Shown: positions 1 to 9,683 of the stretch, piece by piece | Numbering within the stretch: position 1 is the stretch's first letter | Layout of the letters: each line of letters starts with the position of its first letter | Source of the DNA: Candidatus Parcubacteria bacterium | Lineage (GTDB): Bacteria; Patescibacteriota; Minisyncoccia; Phycocordibacterales; JAKAEA01 | DNA: 64,000 bases | Direction: 5' to 3' | Assembly: GCA_963806325.1 (NCBI GenBank) | Contig: CAWDXL010000016.1 | Coordinates: 68,043 to 132,042, forward strand | Notes under the pieces: generated by a model | The model's input: the letters and a program-made list of their open reading frames with translations, nothing else | What the model was told of the DNA's origin: nothing | Databases searched by the model: none | Made by a program: the position numbers and the translations under genes

Positions 1-130
1 AGAGGGAATAGAGAAGAAAATTTTAAAATTGGCTGATGTAATTGCAGAAATTCCGATGAATGGCAAAAAAGAATCTCTCAACGTGAGCGTTTCATGCGGC
101 ATCGCGCTTTTTAGGATGCTAAATATATAA
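1..130 (+). CDS. SpoU/TrmH-family RNA methyltransferase, C-terminal fragment (5' end outside window)
   Basis: The frame starting at nt 2 is open from the window edge to TAA at 128-130. The tail IPMNGKKESLNVSVSCGIALF matches the SpoU/TrmH C-terminal knot motif (IPM.G...SLNVS.A.GI). Confidence 0.6.
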   Translation, partial: EGIEKKILKLADVIAEIPMNGKKESLNVSVSCGIALFRMLNI

Positions 131-1036
131 TTTTTGGTGGACTGGACAGAAATGTCCGCTTCGTCCGCCAATCATTTTTCTTTCAATAATGCCGCCGTCT
201 TTTTTTGAGCAGGGTTTCCCTGTAAGCCGATAAGCATGGTGCTTGTGCTGAAATTGCCCGCGTTCGCCATAAATATCTCTATAATCAGAATCCGAGCTGC
301 CGCCGAAATCGATACCTTTTTTAAGTATCACTTTTGAAGCAGTGTACATTTTTTTAAGCTGCGGCTGCGGAATTTTGCGTGGGTGCGATTGCGGATGGAC
401 ACTAGCTTCCCATAAAATTTCATCGGAATAAATATTTCCAATGCCGGCAATAATTTCTTGATCCATTAAAACATTCTTAATTCTTCCCAATGGCCTTTTA
501 AAAATAGCTTCTTTAAATACGCTATATGTAAATTCTTTAGAAAGGGGATCGGGGCCAAGATGCATGAGATCAAGTATTTGATGCTCGTTGGCAGTCTTGA
601 ATATAAATACTTTGGCAAATTTTCTTAGATCGGAAAAAACCAGATGCTTTTTTGAGGAGAGGGTGAATACTAAATGAAGATATTTATTGTACGGATCAAG
701 AAGCGGTCCCGATGTTTCATGCGGTTTCCACGTGTTTTCTTTTTTATTAAAAATATATTTTCCATACATGAGATGACCTGTCATCTTCATGTGAATCAAA
801 ATCGTGGTTTTATTAGATAGGTGAATAAGAACATTTTTCCCGCTGCGCGAAGCATGCGTGATTTTTGCTCCGATAACATCTCTTTTAAACTGCGAAAAAT
901 ATTCAGGATTTTTTATGTTCTGCTTGTTGGCATGAAAAAGGCTGTTGTAGTCGGTCCATACATCAATAATTTTGAGGCCTTGTACGGTTTTGTTGATACC
1001 GTTGACGGTCGTTTGGACTTCAGGCAGTTCGGGCAT
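119..1036 (-). CDS. mutM: Formamidopyrimidine-DNA glycosylase (Fpg/MutM)
   Basis: 305 aa. It has the hallmark N-terminus MPELPEV and a C-terminal zinc finger (CSKKDGG...GRSGHFCPVHQ). Confidence 0.92.
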   Translation of the reverse strand: MPELPEVQTTVNGINKTVQGLKIIDVWTDYNSLFHANKQNIKNPEYFSQFKRDVIGAKITHASRSGKNVLIHLSNKTTILIHMKMTGHLMYGKYIFNKKENTWKPHETSGPLLDPYNKYLHLVFTLSSKKHLVFSDLRKFAKVFIFKTANEHQILDLMHLGPDPLSKEFTYSVFKEAIFKRPLGRIKNVLMDQEIIAGIGNIYSDEILWEASVHPQSHPRKIPQPQLKKMYTASKVILKKGIDFGGSSDSDYRDIYGERGQFQHKHHAYRLTGKPCSKKDGGIIERKMIGGRSGHFCPVHQKLYI

Positions 1037-1160
1037 GTGACCATACTATATTTTTTTCCAGGATTTTTCAAAGAAATATATAACAGTTGCATATTTATTA
1101 ATTTTCTCTAGTATTGCGCTTAGAAACAGTAACATTATTTTGCTCAGAAAGGAGCATTGT

Positions 1161-2282
1161 ATGAGCGGACTTACGTATGATGGCGCAGGTGTACATTATA
1201 GCGATATGGATCCATTTAAAGTGGGGTGCCAGGAGACGGCATCAGGAACAGATCATTTCATTGATCGTTTTGGCTATTCTGCGGTCAGTGCCAGTCGCGG
1301 TGAGAGTGTATTTCTCATTGATGTTGGGGGTTACTATTTGGCGCATGTTGAAGAAGGATTGGGTACGAAGTATGTGGTGGCTGATGCAGTACGAGCATAC
1401 GGTGGTCCTAATCGCTGGGATGCAATTGCTATCGATACCGTAGCTATGGCTGTCAATGATCTAATCACTCTCGGCGCTCTGCCGATCTCCTACGCAGCTC
1501 ATGTAGCTGCTGGTGAATCTGAGTGGTTTGCTGATATGGAACGTGTTCGAGCTTGGGTGCATGGTATGCGTCAGGCAATGTCTTTATCACGATGTGTATG
1601 GGGTGGTGGCGAATCACCAACACTTCGTGACACTGTGACCCCGGGTGCTGTTGTCTTGAGTGGTTCTGCGGTTGGACAGATTAAGCCGAAGAAAAATCGG
1701 ATTGATCCAAGCTACATCAGAGCCGGCGACATTATCTATCACATCTACAGCTCTGGTGTTGGAGCCAATGGTCTCACGCTCTGCCGGAAGCTTGCGGACA
1801 GCTTGCCAGACGGCTATCACACACGGATGCAGAATGGTCGAATGTATGGAGAAGCACTGCTCGATCCGACCATTATCTATGTCCAGCTCATGGAGAGTCT
1901 TCTTAATGCTGGCATTGTTCCGCATTACGCTGTAAATGTGACGGGTCACGGCTACTGTAAGATTATGCGCGCGCCACAACCTTTCACGTATGTAATTGAC
2001 ACACTTCCGCCGCAGCGGACCATCTTCCATTTTATCCAGGAGAAAGGAGGAATTTCTGATCGTGAAATGTACGGTACGTTCAATATGGGTACAGGTTTTA
2101 TTTTGATTCTCGATCCGGACGATGTAACTCGTGTCGAGCAATGCGTTCAAAGCCTGCCGTCCGGCATGTTTGCCGGCACCGTCGGTGGCCATGTTGAAAA
2201 TGGTCCGAAGCGCGTGATTGTTAAGCGTGGCCCTAGACATCTCGACATTGAGTTTGCTGAGGAGTCGCTTAAAGTGCGGTAA
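1161..2282 (+). CDS. AIR synthase (PurM)-related protein
   Basis: PurM-like motifs are present: EEGLGTK, AMAVNDLITLGALP, GGGESP, SSGVGANGLTL. The ATG at 1161 sits 7 nt after AAGGAG and is preferred over the TTG at 1140. Confidence 0.7.
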   Translation: MSGLTYDGAGVHYSDMDPFKVGCQETASGTDHFIDRFGYSAVSASRGESVFLIDVGGYYLAHVEEGLGTKYVVADAVRAYGGPNRWDAIAIDTVAMAVNDLITLGALPISYAAHVAAGESEWFADMERVRAWVHGMRQAMSLSRCVWGGGESPTLRDTVTPGAVVLSGSAVGQIKPKKNRIDPSYIRAGDIIYHIYSSGVGANGLTLCRKLADSLPDGYHTRMQNGRMYGEALLDPTIIYVQLMESLLNAGIVPHYAVNVTGHGYCKIMRAPQPFTYVIDTLPPQRTIFHFIQEKGGISDREMYGTFNMGTGFILILDPDDVTRVEQCVQSLPSGMFAGTVGGHVENGPKRVIVKRGPRHLDIEFAEESLKVR

Positions 2283-2287
2283 AAACA

Positions 2288-2322
2288 AAGCCCCGGATTG
2301 CATGACATACAATCCGGGCTTA
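2288..2322. terminator. Bidirectional stem-loop between convergent genes
   Basis: aagccccggattg / caatccgggctt forms an inverted repeat with one bulge. It lies between the stops at 2282 and 2333. Confidence 0.55.
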
Positions 2323-2332
2323 TCTTATGTAT

Positions 2333-3631
2333 TTACTTTCTACCTGCAAGCACAATCTCCAATTCTTCCTGGGCCACTTTCGCGTCGCTCCATGGAGTCT
2401 TTTTGCCGTCAGCTTCCATGATATATGGATCGGTACCTTTGCCGGTAATAATGACCGTATCGTCTTTTCGAGCGAGGCTGATCGCTTTATGAATCGCTTG
2501 GCGTCTGTCCATAATAACCTCATATGGCGTGGTGGTGATGCCAGGCAGCATGTCATTAACGATTTTCATCGGATCCTCATCATACGGATCTTCATTAGTA
2601 AGAATGATGTGCGAAGCTTCACGATTTGCGACTTTTGCCATTTCGGGGCGCTTCCAGGTGTCGCGGCCGCCGCCGGTGTTGCCGAGGACGCAGATCTTTT
2701 GAGAGTCTTTAAATACGCCGTACACTTTTTCAAGCGAATCAGCGGTGTGGGCATAGTCGACAACCACGGTAAAATTTTGTCTGGAAGCAAGCGGGTGATG
2801 TGCCGGCAGTGTGATCTTTTGAACTCGGCCGGGAATACCTTTTAATTTTTTTAGTCCCTCGTCAGCAGTGGCCGGGCTCACTCCCTGGGTGGATGCGTAG
2901 GTGAGAGCTGCGAGAATATTGCAGATATTGAATATACCCTGGAGGTGCGAACGGATATTTCTTGTCTTATAGGTCATAAAAAGACCAAAGTGATCGAGAA
3001 TATAAGGCTCAGCCTGCTTCAAAAAGAATTTTTCAACATGAGCCGACGGAGCAGCGGCAATAAATTTATCACTGGCCGGATCATCAGCATTGACTACCAA
3101 TATCTTATTTTGTTTCGGAGAATTATTGAGGGCTTTTGCAAGTTTTAGTTTTGCGGCAAGGTAATTTTCAAAACCGCCGTGCGATTCGATATGTTCAGGG
3201 GAAATATTTAAAAACAGCAGAGCATTGAAATCGATGAACTTGTGTCGGTACTGCTTCGCCGCCTCCGACGTCATCTCAAGAATCGCATATTCGCAGCCGG
3301 CATCGACTGCCTGCCGCAAAAATTTCTGCAGGAAAAATCGGCCCGGCACGCTCATCTTATATTTGTTGTCCCACGTGCGGTCGTTGATCTTGAAACGAAT
3401 TGTTCCGGCTGCGGCAGTTTTTTTGCCCGCTGCTTCGAGAACGGCATTTAAAATTTCGGTGGTGCTCGATTTTCCTTTTGTACCGGTAATAACAACTACC
3501 TTGATCTCGCGGGAAGGGAACCGATATATCACCGCACCAAGCCATGCAAGCGTGTAGTGGTATGCAGGCTGCATTACTCTAAAGACCGGCGCAGGAATAA
3601 TTTTTTTGATTGGTCTGAGGATGCTGTCCAT
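2333..3631 (-). CDS. murE: Mur ligase family protein (MurE-like UDP-MurNAc-tripeptide synthetase)
   Basis: 432 aa. The P-loop is ITGTKGKSSTTEIL and the DYAHTADSLEKVY motif is typical of MurE. Confidence 0.72.
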   Translation of the reverse strand: MDSILRPIKKIIPAPVFRVMQPAYHYTLAWLGAVIYRFPSREIKVVVITGTKGKSSTTEILNAVLEAAGKKTAAAGTIRFKINDRTWDNKYKMSVPGRFFLQKFLRQAVDAGCEYAILEMTSEAAKQYRHKFIDFNALLFLNISPEHIESHGGFENYLAAKLKLAKALNNSPKQNKILVVNADDPASDKFIAAAPSAHVEKFFLKQAEPYILDHFGLFMTYKTRNIRSHLQGIFNICNILAALTYASTQGVSPATADEGLKKLKGIPGRVQKITLPAHHPLASRQNFTVVVDYAHTADSLEKVYGVFKDSQKICVLGNTGGGRDTWKRPEMAKVANREASHIILTNEDPYDEDPMKIVNDMLPGITTTPYEVIMDRRQAIHKAISLARKDDTVIITGKGTDPYIMEADGKKTPWSDAKVAQEELEIVLAGRK

Positions 3632-3641
3632 AAAGAATATA

Positions 3642-4211
3642 TTATTTTTTCGAGAGAATCTTGAGTGCTTGAGTCACGCATTCGCTGGTAGTAGTAACAT
3701 CCTTTGGAACTTTCTTCAAGGCCTCGCGGGCAGAACGTTCATCGTAGCCAAGAGCCTTGAGAGCCTCAAGACTGTCTGATTCGTGAGGCATCGATTCAGC
3801 ATCCTTCTCATCGTAGCCGTCAAATTTGTTGCGAAGCTCGAGGACAATTTTTTCGGCGGTCTTCTTGCCGAGCCCTGATACTTTGCTGAGATAGGCTGGA
3901 TCCTCTGTGATGGCCGCTTTTCTTATGGTGGCCGGATTTGTGACGTTTAAAATAGCCAGAGCGCTTTTTGGGCCGATACCTGAAACCCCAATAAGAAGCT
4001 CAAAAAATTCAAGCTCTTCGTGAGTGAGAAAGCCGTATAAATCCAGAGCATTTTCGCGAACTGCAAGATATGTCCACATGGAAATCTCGCCGGAGAGATT
4101 TTTTTCAAGGATACCGGCGGTGGTAAAGACTTTGTAGCCGATACCGTGGGTTTCAACAATAAAGAAGCGGGGATCAGCATATGTTACCGTGCCGGTAATC
4201 TTGGAAATCAT
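3642..4211 (-). CDS. ruvA: Holliday junction branch-migration protein RuvA
   Basis: 189 aa. The N-terminus MISKITGTV...VETHGIGYKV and the HhH region GVSGIGPKSALAIL are both RuvA-like. Confidence 0.9.
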   Translation of the reverse strand: MISKITGTVTYADPRFFIVETHGIGYKVFTTAGILEKNLSGEISMWTYLAVRENALDLYGFLTHEELEFFELLIGVSGIGPKSALAILNVTNPATIRKAAITEDPAYLSKVSGLGKKTAEKIVLELRNKFDGYDEKDAESMPHESDSLEALKALGYDERSAREALKKVPKDVTTTSECVTQALKILSKK

Positions 4212-4307
4212 AGCTGTATTTTACACCACCACCCCCATCCCCTCCTAGGATAAGGAGGGGAGACTCGGACCTTGCCTTTTTTCAAAGAATGCTGTACGAT
4301 GCTTTTC

Positions 4308-4574
4308 ATGCCAATTACATCTTCAGCCAAGAAAGCTCTTCGCGCTTCACACACAAAACATGTGTTCAACGAGCGCCGCAAGGACACCATGACGTCTATT
4401 ATAAAGACTGTTCGAAAGTTTGTTGCCGACAAGAATACCGCAGAGGCTGTAAAACACCTCACGGAAGCTTATAAAGCAATCGACAAAGCAGCAAAGACAA
4501 ATCTTATCAAGAAAAATACCGCAGCCCGCAAGAAATCCCGTCTAGCACATCTCATTGCGAAAGCAGGTAAATAA
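4308..4574 (+). CDS. rpsT: 30S ribosomal protein S20
   Basis: MPITSSAKKALRASHTKHVFNERRK... is a basic S20 pattern. The ATG at 4308 is preferred over the TTG at 4272. Confidence 0.9.
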   Translation: MPITSSAKKALRASHTKHVFNERRKDTMTSIIKTVRKFVADKNTAEAVKHLTEAYKAIDKAAKTNLIKKNTAARKKSRLAHLIAKAGK

Positions 4575-4583
4575 TATTAAACA

Positions 4584-4609
4584 AAAAATCCCCGAATGGG
4601 GATTTTTTG
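4584..4609 (+). terminator. Rho-independent terminator after rpsT
   Basis: The hairpin aaaaaatcccc-gaat-ggggatttttt ends in a T-run. Confidence 0.7.
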
Positions 4610-4630
4610 TTGCACTCAGAAGCCTTAATG

Positions 4631-4702
4631 TGCCCTCGCCAGGAATCGGACCTGGATCTTGAGTTCCGCAAACTCATGTTCGATCCATTGAACTACGAGG
4701 AC
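4631..4702 (-). tRNA. tRNA-Arg (anticodon GCG)
   Basis: Hand-folded cloverleaf on the minus strand: acceptor GTCCTCG/CGAGGGC, anticodon stem TGAGT/ACTCA with loop TTGCGGA, and T-arm CCAGG-TCCGATT-CCTGG. Confidence 0.8.
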
Positions 4703-4765
4703 GATATCTTTTGCGCGATAGTCCATACACTATCACAAAATCAAAAAAACCGAAACTGATATAGA

Positions 4766-5233
4766 TTACAGGCCAAAATATTCCAGCACTTTGTGGAATG
4801 CCGACTCGTGGTGGGGGATCTCTTCGAGGTGGCGTTTAAGCTCGCTGTGAATGTGGTCGGGGTGCGTATCGCCGATCGGAATAATAATATATGGCATCAG
4901 AAGTTTTTTTGATTTCAAAATAATCGACGGCAGGAGCTGCTCGTGCTCATCAATCCAAAATGATTCAATGTCTTTATAATGGTAGAATTTTTGCTCGACA
5001 AGAATACCCTTGCGGTGAAGCTCGATGTGAATCATATTTGGCGATCGTGCCGCATGGAGGCCGGCTGTGAAAGCGGCGATCAAAATGAAAATACCAAAGA
5101 GAATATTGCTAAAAAGGACGCAGAGGATCGCCGCTGACACAGCAATAATGCCGAGCGACCAGTACCAATCGGAAGTTTTTTCAATGTGGTGATGCTCAAC
5201 AGCATCCCAGCTGAGTACTTCGTTTGTATTCAT
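4766..5233 (-). CDS. Hypothetical membrane protein
   Basis: The start is trimmed to the ATG at 5233 (MNTNEVLSWD...) because the longer ORF form runs through tRNA-Ser. It has two hydrophobic helices followed by a soluble domain. Confidence 0.5.
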   Translation of the reverse strand: MNTNEVLSWDAVEHHHIEKTSDWYWSLGIIAVSAAILCVLFSNILFGIFILIAAFTAGLHAARSPNMIHIELHRKGILVEQKFYHYKDIESFWIDEHEQLLPSIILKSKKLLMPYIIIPIGDTHPDHIHSELKRHLEEIPHHESAFHKVLEYFGL

Positions 5234-5333
5234 ATCTAATAGTGTATCATATTTTGTTTTTGCAATCATACGGATTTTTGGTAGTATGGCTAAGCACGGA
5301 TACCTTCGCATAAGAATGCTTCGGTAATTCAAT

Positions 5334-5418
5334 GGAGGAGTGGCAGAGTGGTCTATCGCACCTGTCTTGAAAACAGGAGTCTCGCAAGGGACCGTGAGTT
5401 CGAATCTCACCTCCTCCG
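5334..5418 (+). tRNA. tRNA-Ser (anticodon TGA)
   Basis: Acceptor GGAGGAG/CTCCTCC, anticodon loop CTTGAAA, a long variable arm, and T-arm GTGAG-TTCGAAT-CTCAC. Confidence 0.9.
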
Positions 5419-5583
5419 CTAGGATTATTTAGTATCGGATGACGTCGAGGCCTATATTCATAGCCGTTTTTTTGAGGTAGTTCGAATCCCTTACCCATTG
5501 ACCCATCCGAGGTTCGAACTTTTAGTACTTATGATGAGATGGAAATTTGATTATTTCTGCTCATAAATGTAAATTTACCGCTA

Positions 5584-5790
5584 TTGTTAGTTAATGTTGG
5601 TAGCTATGGAATTCTAATTTTTTTGCTTGCCCTTCTAAACCAAAACCCAACATCTTATCTGTCTGTTTATACCTGGGCCTATAGAATATCTCTGGTGGCA
5701 ACCATGGCTGTTCCAATTATTATTTGTACTCTGCTTGTCATAAATATAGGCGATAGGGTATATAAATATCTTGCTACTTCGGTGCGGTAA
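5584..5790 (+). CDS. Small hypothetical membrane protein
   Basis: 68 codons with a TTG start and two hydrophobic segments. There is no other support. Confidence 0.25.
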   Translation: MLVNVGSYGILIFLLALLNQNPTSYLSVYTWAYRISLVATMAVPIIICTLLVINIGDRVYKYLATSVR

Positions 5791-5860
5791 AGTGCGGGGA
5801 TATTTTTGGTAATTTTAAATAGCTGCAAAGCAAAAAATTGCTTGATAAAGTAGCAAAACT

Positions 5861-6745
5861 ATGTTATCAATGCAGCAGATTATTCCTCAGTTTCTAAATG
5901 TACTTTCACAAATAGGTGTTGATATGAAAGACCGTCCTAAAGACGATGTGTTTAAGTCGGATGACAGAAGAGGACAGTTAACAACAGTATACAGGCTATC
6001 TGGTACTGAGAACGATGCTCCTCGTCCGTACTGGTATTCAAAAGAACTTTGCCTCCTTAGTTTTCTTGCAGCGTGTGAAGCCGTCGATGCTGGCAATGTC
6101 ATATCCGTTCTGTTGGTTGATAATCGTGATGCAGTTAGTTTGTCGCTCAGCGCTGTCATCAAAAAGGCTATCAGAACAGGTTTTGAAATCAGGTACGCAG
6201 CAGTGTCAGGGAATTGCAGCAGTTATGTAGAGGCCGCTGAGCTAAGTCTCTCCCTCTCGGATAAGAAGGGAACTATTCTCCTGTCCGAGGATGATTATCT
6301 TTGGCTTCCCGGGTCACTCTCTCAGATGATGAATGCCTTTACAGAGATTGACGCGGCTGACTACATCACGCCCTATGATCACCCTGTGAGGTATGATCCA
6401 GACTTCTCGGGAGGTGCGGACATTGCCCATTGGTGTTCCAGGATTTACTGCAGCAATCGTTCACACTTCAGGGCACATGAGTCTACCTGCATGACTTTCA
6501 TGGTTCGTGCAAATGTCTTGGCAGAAGATTTTAATGTGCACCGGGCATATGCAGAAGTGACGAAGAAGTGTCCTAACGACAGGGGGCTGTTTCGTTCACT
6601 TCAGCATCTGGGTGATAGTCAGATAATGTCCAAAAAAAGAAGACTTCTTTTGGGTCCAATGCCTTCGCTCGCAACCCATGTCCATCTGCCTTACCTGGCG
6701 CCGGTGGTTGACTGGGAACAGTATGCTTTAAAAATAAAAGGTTAG
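5861..6745 (+). CDS. Hypothetical protein, possibly a GT-A fold glycosyltransferase
   Basis: 294 aa, with a clean ORF in a GC-richer segment. It has an acidic SEDDYLW motif and sits beside a glycosylation cluster. The functional call is weak. Confidence 0.4.
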   Translation: MLSMQQIIPQFLNVLSQIGVDMKDRPKDDVFKSDDRRGQLTTVYRLSGTENDAPRPYWYSKELCLLSFLAACEAVDAGNVISVLLVDNRDAVSLSLSAVIKKAIRTGFEIRYAAVSGNCSSYVEAAELSLSLSDKKGTILLSEDDYLWLPGSLSQMMNAFTEIDAADYITPYDHPVRYDPDFSGGADIAHWCSRIYCSNRSHFRAHESTCMTFMVRANVLAEDFNVHRAYAEVTKKCPNDRGLFRSLQHLGDSQIMSKKRRLLLGPMPSLATHVHLPYLAPVVDWEQYALKIKG

Positions 6746-6766
6746 GGAGTCTGTCGTAAGGGTAAT

Positions 6767-6800
6767 AAAAGACGGTGTTTAAAACATGCCGTCTTTTTCT
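6767..6800. terminator. Stem-loop between convergent genes
   Basis: aaaagacgg ... ccgtctttt forms an inverted repeat followed by T-rich sequence. Confidence 0.5.
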
Positions 6801-6806
6801 ATTTAA

Positions 6807-7556
6807 TTAACAGCCATTATTTTTTTTATTAGCAGTTAATGTTAGAATTTGCGCCAGATTTTCTAGAGTATTCATATTAATAAATTTTTCAACCTCTAAA
6901 ATTTTATAGGAATAACCAAGGTTCAGTAATTTATTGTAGTAATCACCCATCTTTTCATTTTCCTCCTCGTTAATAACTTTTTTGAGATTTAGCAAACCGT
7001 CTTTTGAAATTATAAGTGATCCGCACCAGCGAAAAGAATTAAGGCCGAGAGGTACTTTTGTTTTTTCTACTATAACGTATCCATCTTCAGGGGAGTATCC
7101 AACCATACCTCCTTCTTTATAGTCCTCCGGCTGTGGTCGAGAAGCTAGCAAGTGCAACGATTTGTTGTCTAAGGAAACCGGCAAATTTTTAAATGGGTTA
7201 CTGGTGAAAAATATATCTGACAGTACGACTAGTGCATGATCATCAATAAATGATTCTAGGCCTGCAAGAGCAGAAATTGGGCCTTTTTCATGCAGGTTAT
7301 TTTTATATATCGTAATGTCTACATTATTATTTTTATATGCAAATATTGTTTTTTGTATATTTTCATATAGCTCTGGTCTGCAGGAAATAACTATTTTTTT
7401 AAAACCAGCATCAGTAAGCAATAATATCTGCTTTTCCAGCATGGTAGAGCCGTGTATTGGAAAGAGGAATTTTGGTATGTATTTGCTGATTGATCCAAAT
7501 CTTGTTGATAATCCGCCGGCTAGTATGATTGGTACCAATGTGTCTTTTGATCGCAT
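6807..7556 (-). CDS. Sugar-phosphate nucleotidyltransferase
   Basis: The N-terminal motif PIILAGGLSTRFG is the NTP_transferase signature G.G.R. Confidence 0.8.
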   Translation of the reverse strand: MRSKDTLVPIILAGGLSTRFGSISKYIPKFLFPIHGSTMLEKQILLLTDAGFKKIVISCRPELYENIQKTIFAYKNNNVDITIYKNNLHEKGPISALAGLESFIDDHALVVLSDIFFTSNPFKNLPVSLDNKSLHLLASRPQPEDYKEGGMVGYSPEDGYVIVEKTKVPLGLNSFRWCGSLIISKDGLLNLKKVINEEENEKMGDYYNKLLNLGYSYKILEVEKFINMNTLENLAQILTLTANKKNNGC

Positions 7557-7565
7557 GGTGAATTT

Positions 7566-8426
7566 TTAGATATCAGGCAAAACCCTTTTAATATACCTAG
7601 CCAGCTCCTCTGTGGTTTTATTGCCGGCATCCATTAAAAGATTCAATGTCTTCTTGTTTTTTGCTACGCTACTATTTTTTTCCGTTAAATCCCATATAGA
7701 TTTTTGTATTTCAAGCATTGTAGCAATCCGCCCTTTTAATTTATCTTCTGTCCACCAGTATGTCTGGCTCATCTGTTTTTCATGGACTCTGTATTTAACT
7801 AATATTTCATTTATGAAAAATATGTCATGTTTTAATGCAATCCTAAGAAACATATTGAAGTCAAAACTGTTAAAGACTAATTTATCAGAAAATTTTCCGA
7901 CCTCTTTAAATATCTTGCGGCGATATACAATTGTTGGGGCTATGGTTACACAGCAGTTTTTTTGTGCCGTATACAAAAGATACTCGGGTGCTTTTATTAA
8001 TCCTTCCTGAGGATAAAGATCTGACCAGATTGAAATATACTGTCCATCTTTGCTGACCTTATTAGCTTTGCAGTAAGAAAATGCAGCTCCTCTGTTGTTT
8101 TCAAGAGCGGCTATTGATTGAGCTAAAAATTCTGGTTCCATCATATCGTCATCATGGAATATAGAAAGATATTTTGTGTCTGATAGTTCTATTGCCTTGT
8201 TCCAGTTTGCGATTATTCCTATATTTTTTGGATGGCGAATGAATGTGACCCTGGAATCTCCAAATTCCTTGACAACCATTTCATTGTTTGTGTCTGAATG
8301 ATTATCTAAAATGAGCACTTTGAAGTTTTTGTATGTCTGGTTGAGGACGCTTTTAAGGCTTTCTTTGAGATACGCAGGTCTATTATAAGTTGGTATCGCT
8401 ACAGTAATTATGGGCTTTTTTGTCAT
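7566..8426 (-). CDS. Glycosyltransferase family 2
   Basis: ITVAIPTYNRPAYLKESLKSVLNQTY...ILDNHSD and a later DDD motif (FHDDDMM). Confidence 0.9.
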   Translation of the reverse strand: MTKKPIITVAIPTYNRPAYLKESLKSVLNQTYKNFKVLILDNHSDTNNEMVVKEFGDSRVTFIRHPKNIGIIANWNKAIELSDTKYLSIFHDDDMMEPEFLAQSIAALENNRGAAFSYCKANKVSKDGQYISIWSDLYPQEGLIKAPEYLLYTAQKNCCVTIAPTIVYRRKIFKEVGKFSDKLVFNSFDFNMFLRIALKHDIFFINEILVKYRVHEKQMSQTYWWTEDKLKGRIATMLEIQKSIWDLTEKNSSVAKNKKTLNLLMDAGNKTTEELARYIKRVLPDI

Positions 8427-8430
8427 TTTT

Positions 8431-9621
8431 TTATTTTAATAATTTTAGGCAAGCACTTATATAATTTTCAATTTTAGTTCTTTTGGCAAAATTTGGTTTA
8501 AGCTGGGTCGCTCGATGTTTATAGGTAGATACGTGTTTATTGAGATCTTGCATCGCGGCAAGGAGGGAATTAACCGTTCGAGTTTCATTCTTTGTATCGT
8601 AAGCAAAGGTGATACCACATTGTTTATGTTGCACAATTTCTTCACCCACAGCTGTGCCTTCTGAGGTTATTACGGGAATACCTAAATAGCCGCATTCTTC
8701 CGCTATACCCGATATTCTTTTGTCATAGTGCCGAGGATCATACGGTAAAACTACACATCTTGAATTTCTTAGAATGAGTTCGTAATCCTCCGAACTCATT
8801 TTATCTTCTACCCACGTAAGATTTTTCTTGTAATGTGTTTTGAGATAATCAATTCTGCTTTTAATATCGGAAAGTTTTTCTTCAGAAAAATAACGCAGAT
8901 TTGGCACATGAAAGAGGAAATGATATTTTTCATCCTCTTCCAGCAGTTGAATCACTGCTTCAATAAACAAATGAAGTCCTTTTTCTCTGCGTCCATCTCC
9001 TAAAAAAGAGAAAGCGAACTGTGGATTCTTTTTTGGGCTAGACCTTTTAAGGTAAACAGGCACATTTAGTATTGGCAGAACCTGTTTTGCCGCAGTACTC
9101 AGTGTTTGATTAAGCTTCTTTGATGTAGTGGTCGCAACAATAATATTTTTCTTTTTAAGATCAGGCAGTATTTTCTGAAATATTTTTTTATTCAGATTAA
9201 ACATCGCGTGATTTTGCACGGCGTCAGAATCTTTGGCTGGAGGATAAAACTGGTGAATGTGCAATAAAAAACGAGGACTGTCGGATTTCCTCGCTATTTT
9301 TCCTGCTACCGTTAGTTCATTGAAATGGGCTGTCGGGAAAATCATACTATCGTTCTTAGTTAAATTAAATTTATTAATAATATTGGATATGTAGGCTTCG
9401 GTAATTGCTGGATCGGAAGTTTCAAAGCACCCGACTGTAGCAAGAGGATAGATTTTTTTAAATGATTTTAAGGCACTCTCTTTTATGTTTTTATTGGAAA
9501 CCAAGAAAAATTTATATTTTGCTCCGGAATATTTTTTTGTATACCCATCAATAGCCCTCATTACTGTATATACGTGGCCAAAGTTGTCTTTCAGGTTTGG
9601 TTCTACAAATACAATTTTCAT
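8431..9621 (-). CDS. Glycosyltransferase, GT-B fold (GT1/GT4-like)
   Basis: The C-terminal segment EECGYLGIPVITSEGTAVGEEI resembles the GT4 sugar-donor region. The ATG at 9621 is preferred over the TTG at 9663. Confidence 0.7.
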   Translation of the reverse strand: MKIVFVEPNLKDNFGHVYTVMRAIDGYTKKYSGAKYKFFLVSNKNIKESALKSFKKIYPLATVGCFETSDPAITEAYISNIINKFNLTKNDSMIFPTAHFNELTVAGKIARKSDSPRFLLHIHQFYPPAKDSDAVQNHAMFNLNKKIFQKILPDLKKKNIIVATTTSKKLNQTLSTAAKQVLPILNVPVYLKRSSPKKNPQFAFSFLGDGRREKGLHLFIEAVIQLLEEDEKYHFLFHVPNLRYFSEEKLSDIKSRIDYLKTHYKKNLTWVEDKMSSEDYELILRNSRCVVLPYDPRHYDKRISGIAEECGYLGIPVITSEGTAVGEEIVQHKQCGITFAYDTKNETRTVNSLLAAMQDLNKHVSTYKHRATQLKPNFAKRTKIENYISACLKLLK

Positions 9622-9683
9622 GTTAGTTAAGCCTACACTAAAACAATATATACTTGTAGTCAAGACCCTGTTGTATTTTTTAG

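Noticed and set aside
4237-4260. Hairpin cccctcc-taggataa-ggagggg between ruvA and rpsT
   Set aside because: It is a perfect 7-bp stem, but neither strand has a T-run and there is no obvious regulatory logic. It was noted only.
4766-5410. Long 214-aa form of the minus-strand ORF
   Set aside because: Its N-terminal third runs antisense through tRNA-Ser (5334-5418). It was trimmed to the internal ATG at 5233.
5440-5525. tRNA-like T-arm fragments (ggtagttcgaatccc and gaggttcgaac) downstream of tRNA-Ser
   Set aside because: No acceptor, D or anticodon arms can be folded around them. At best they are degraded remnants, not a tRNA gene.
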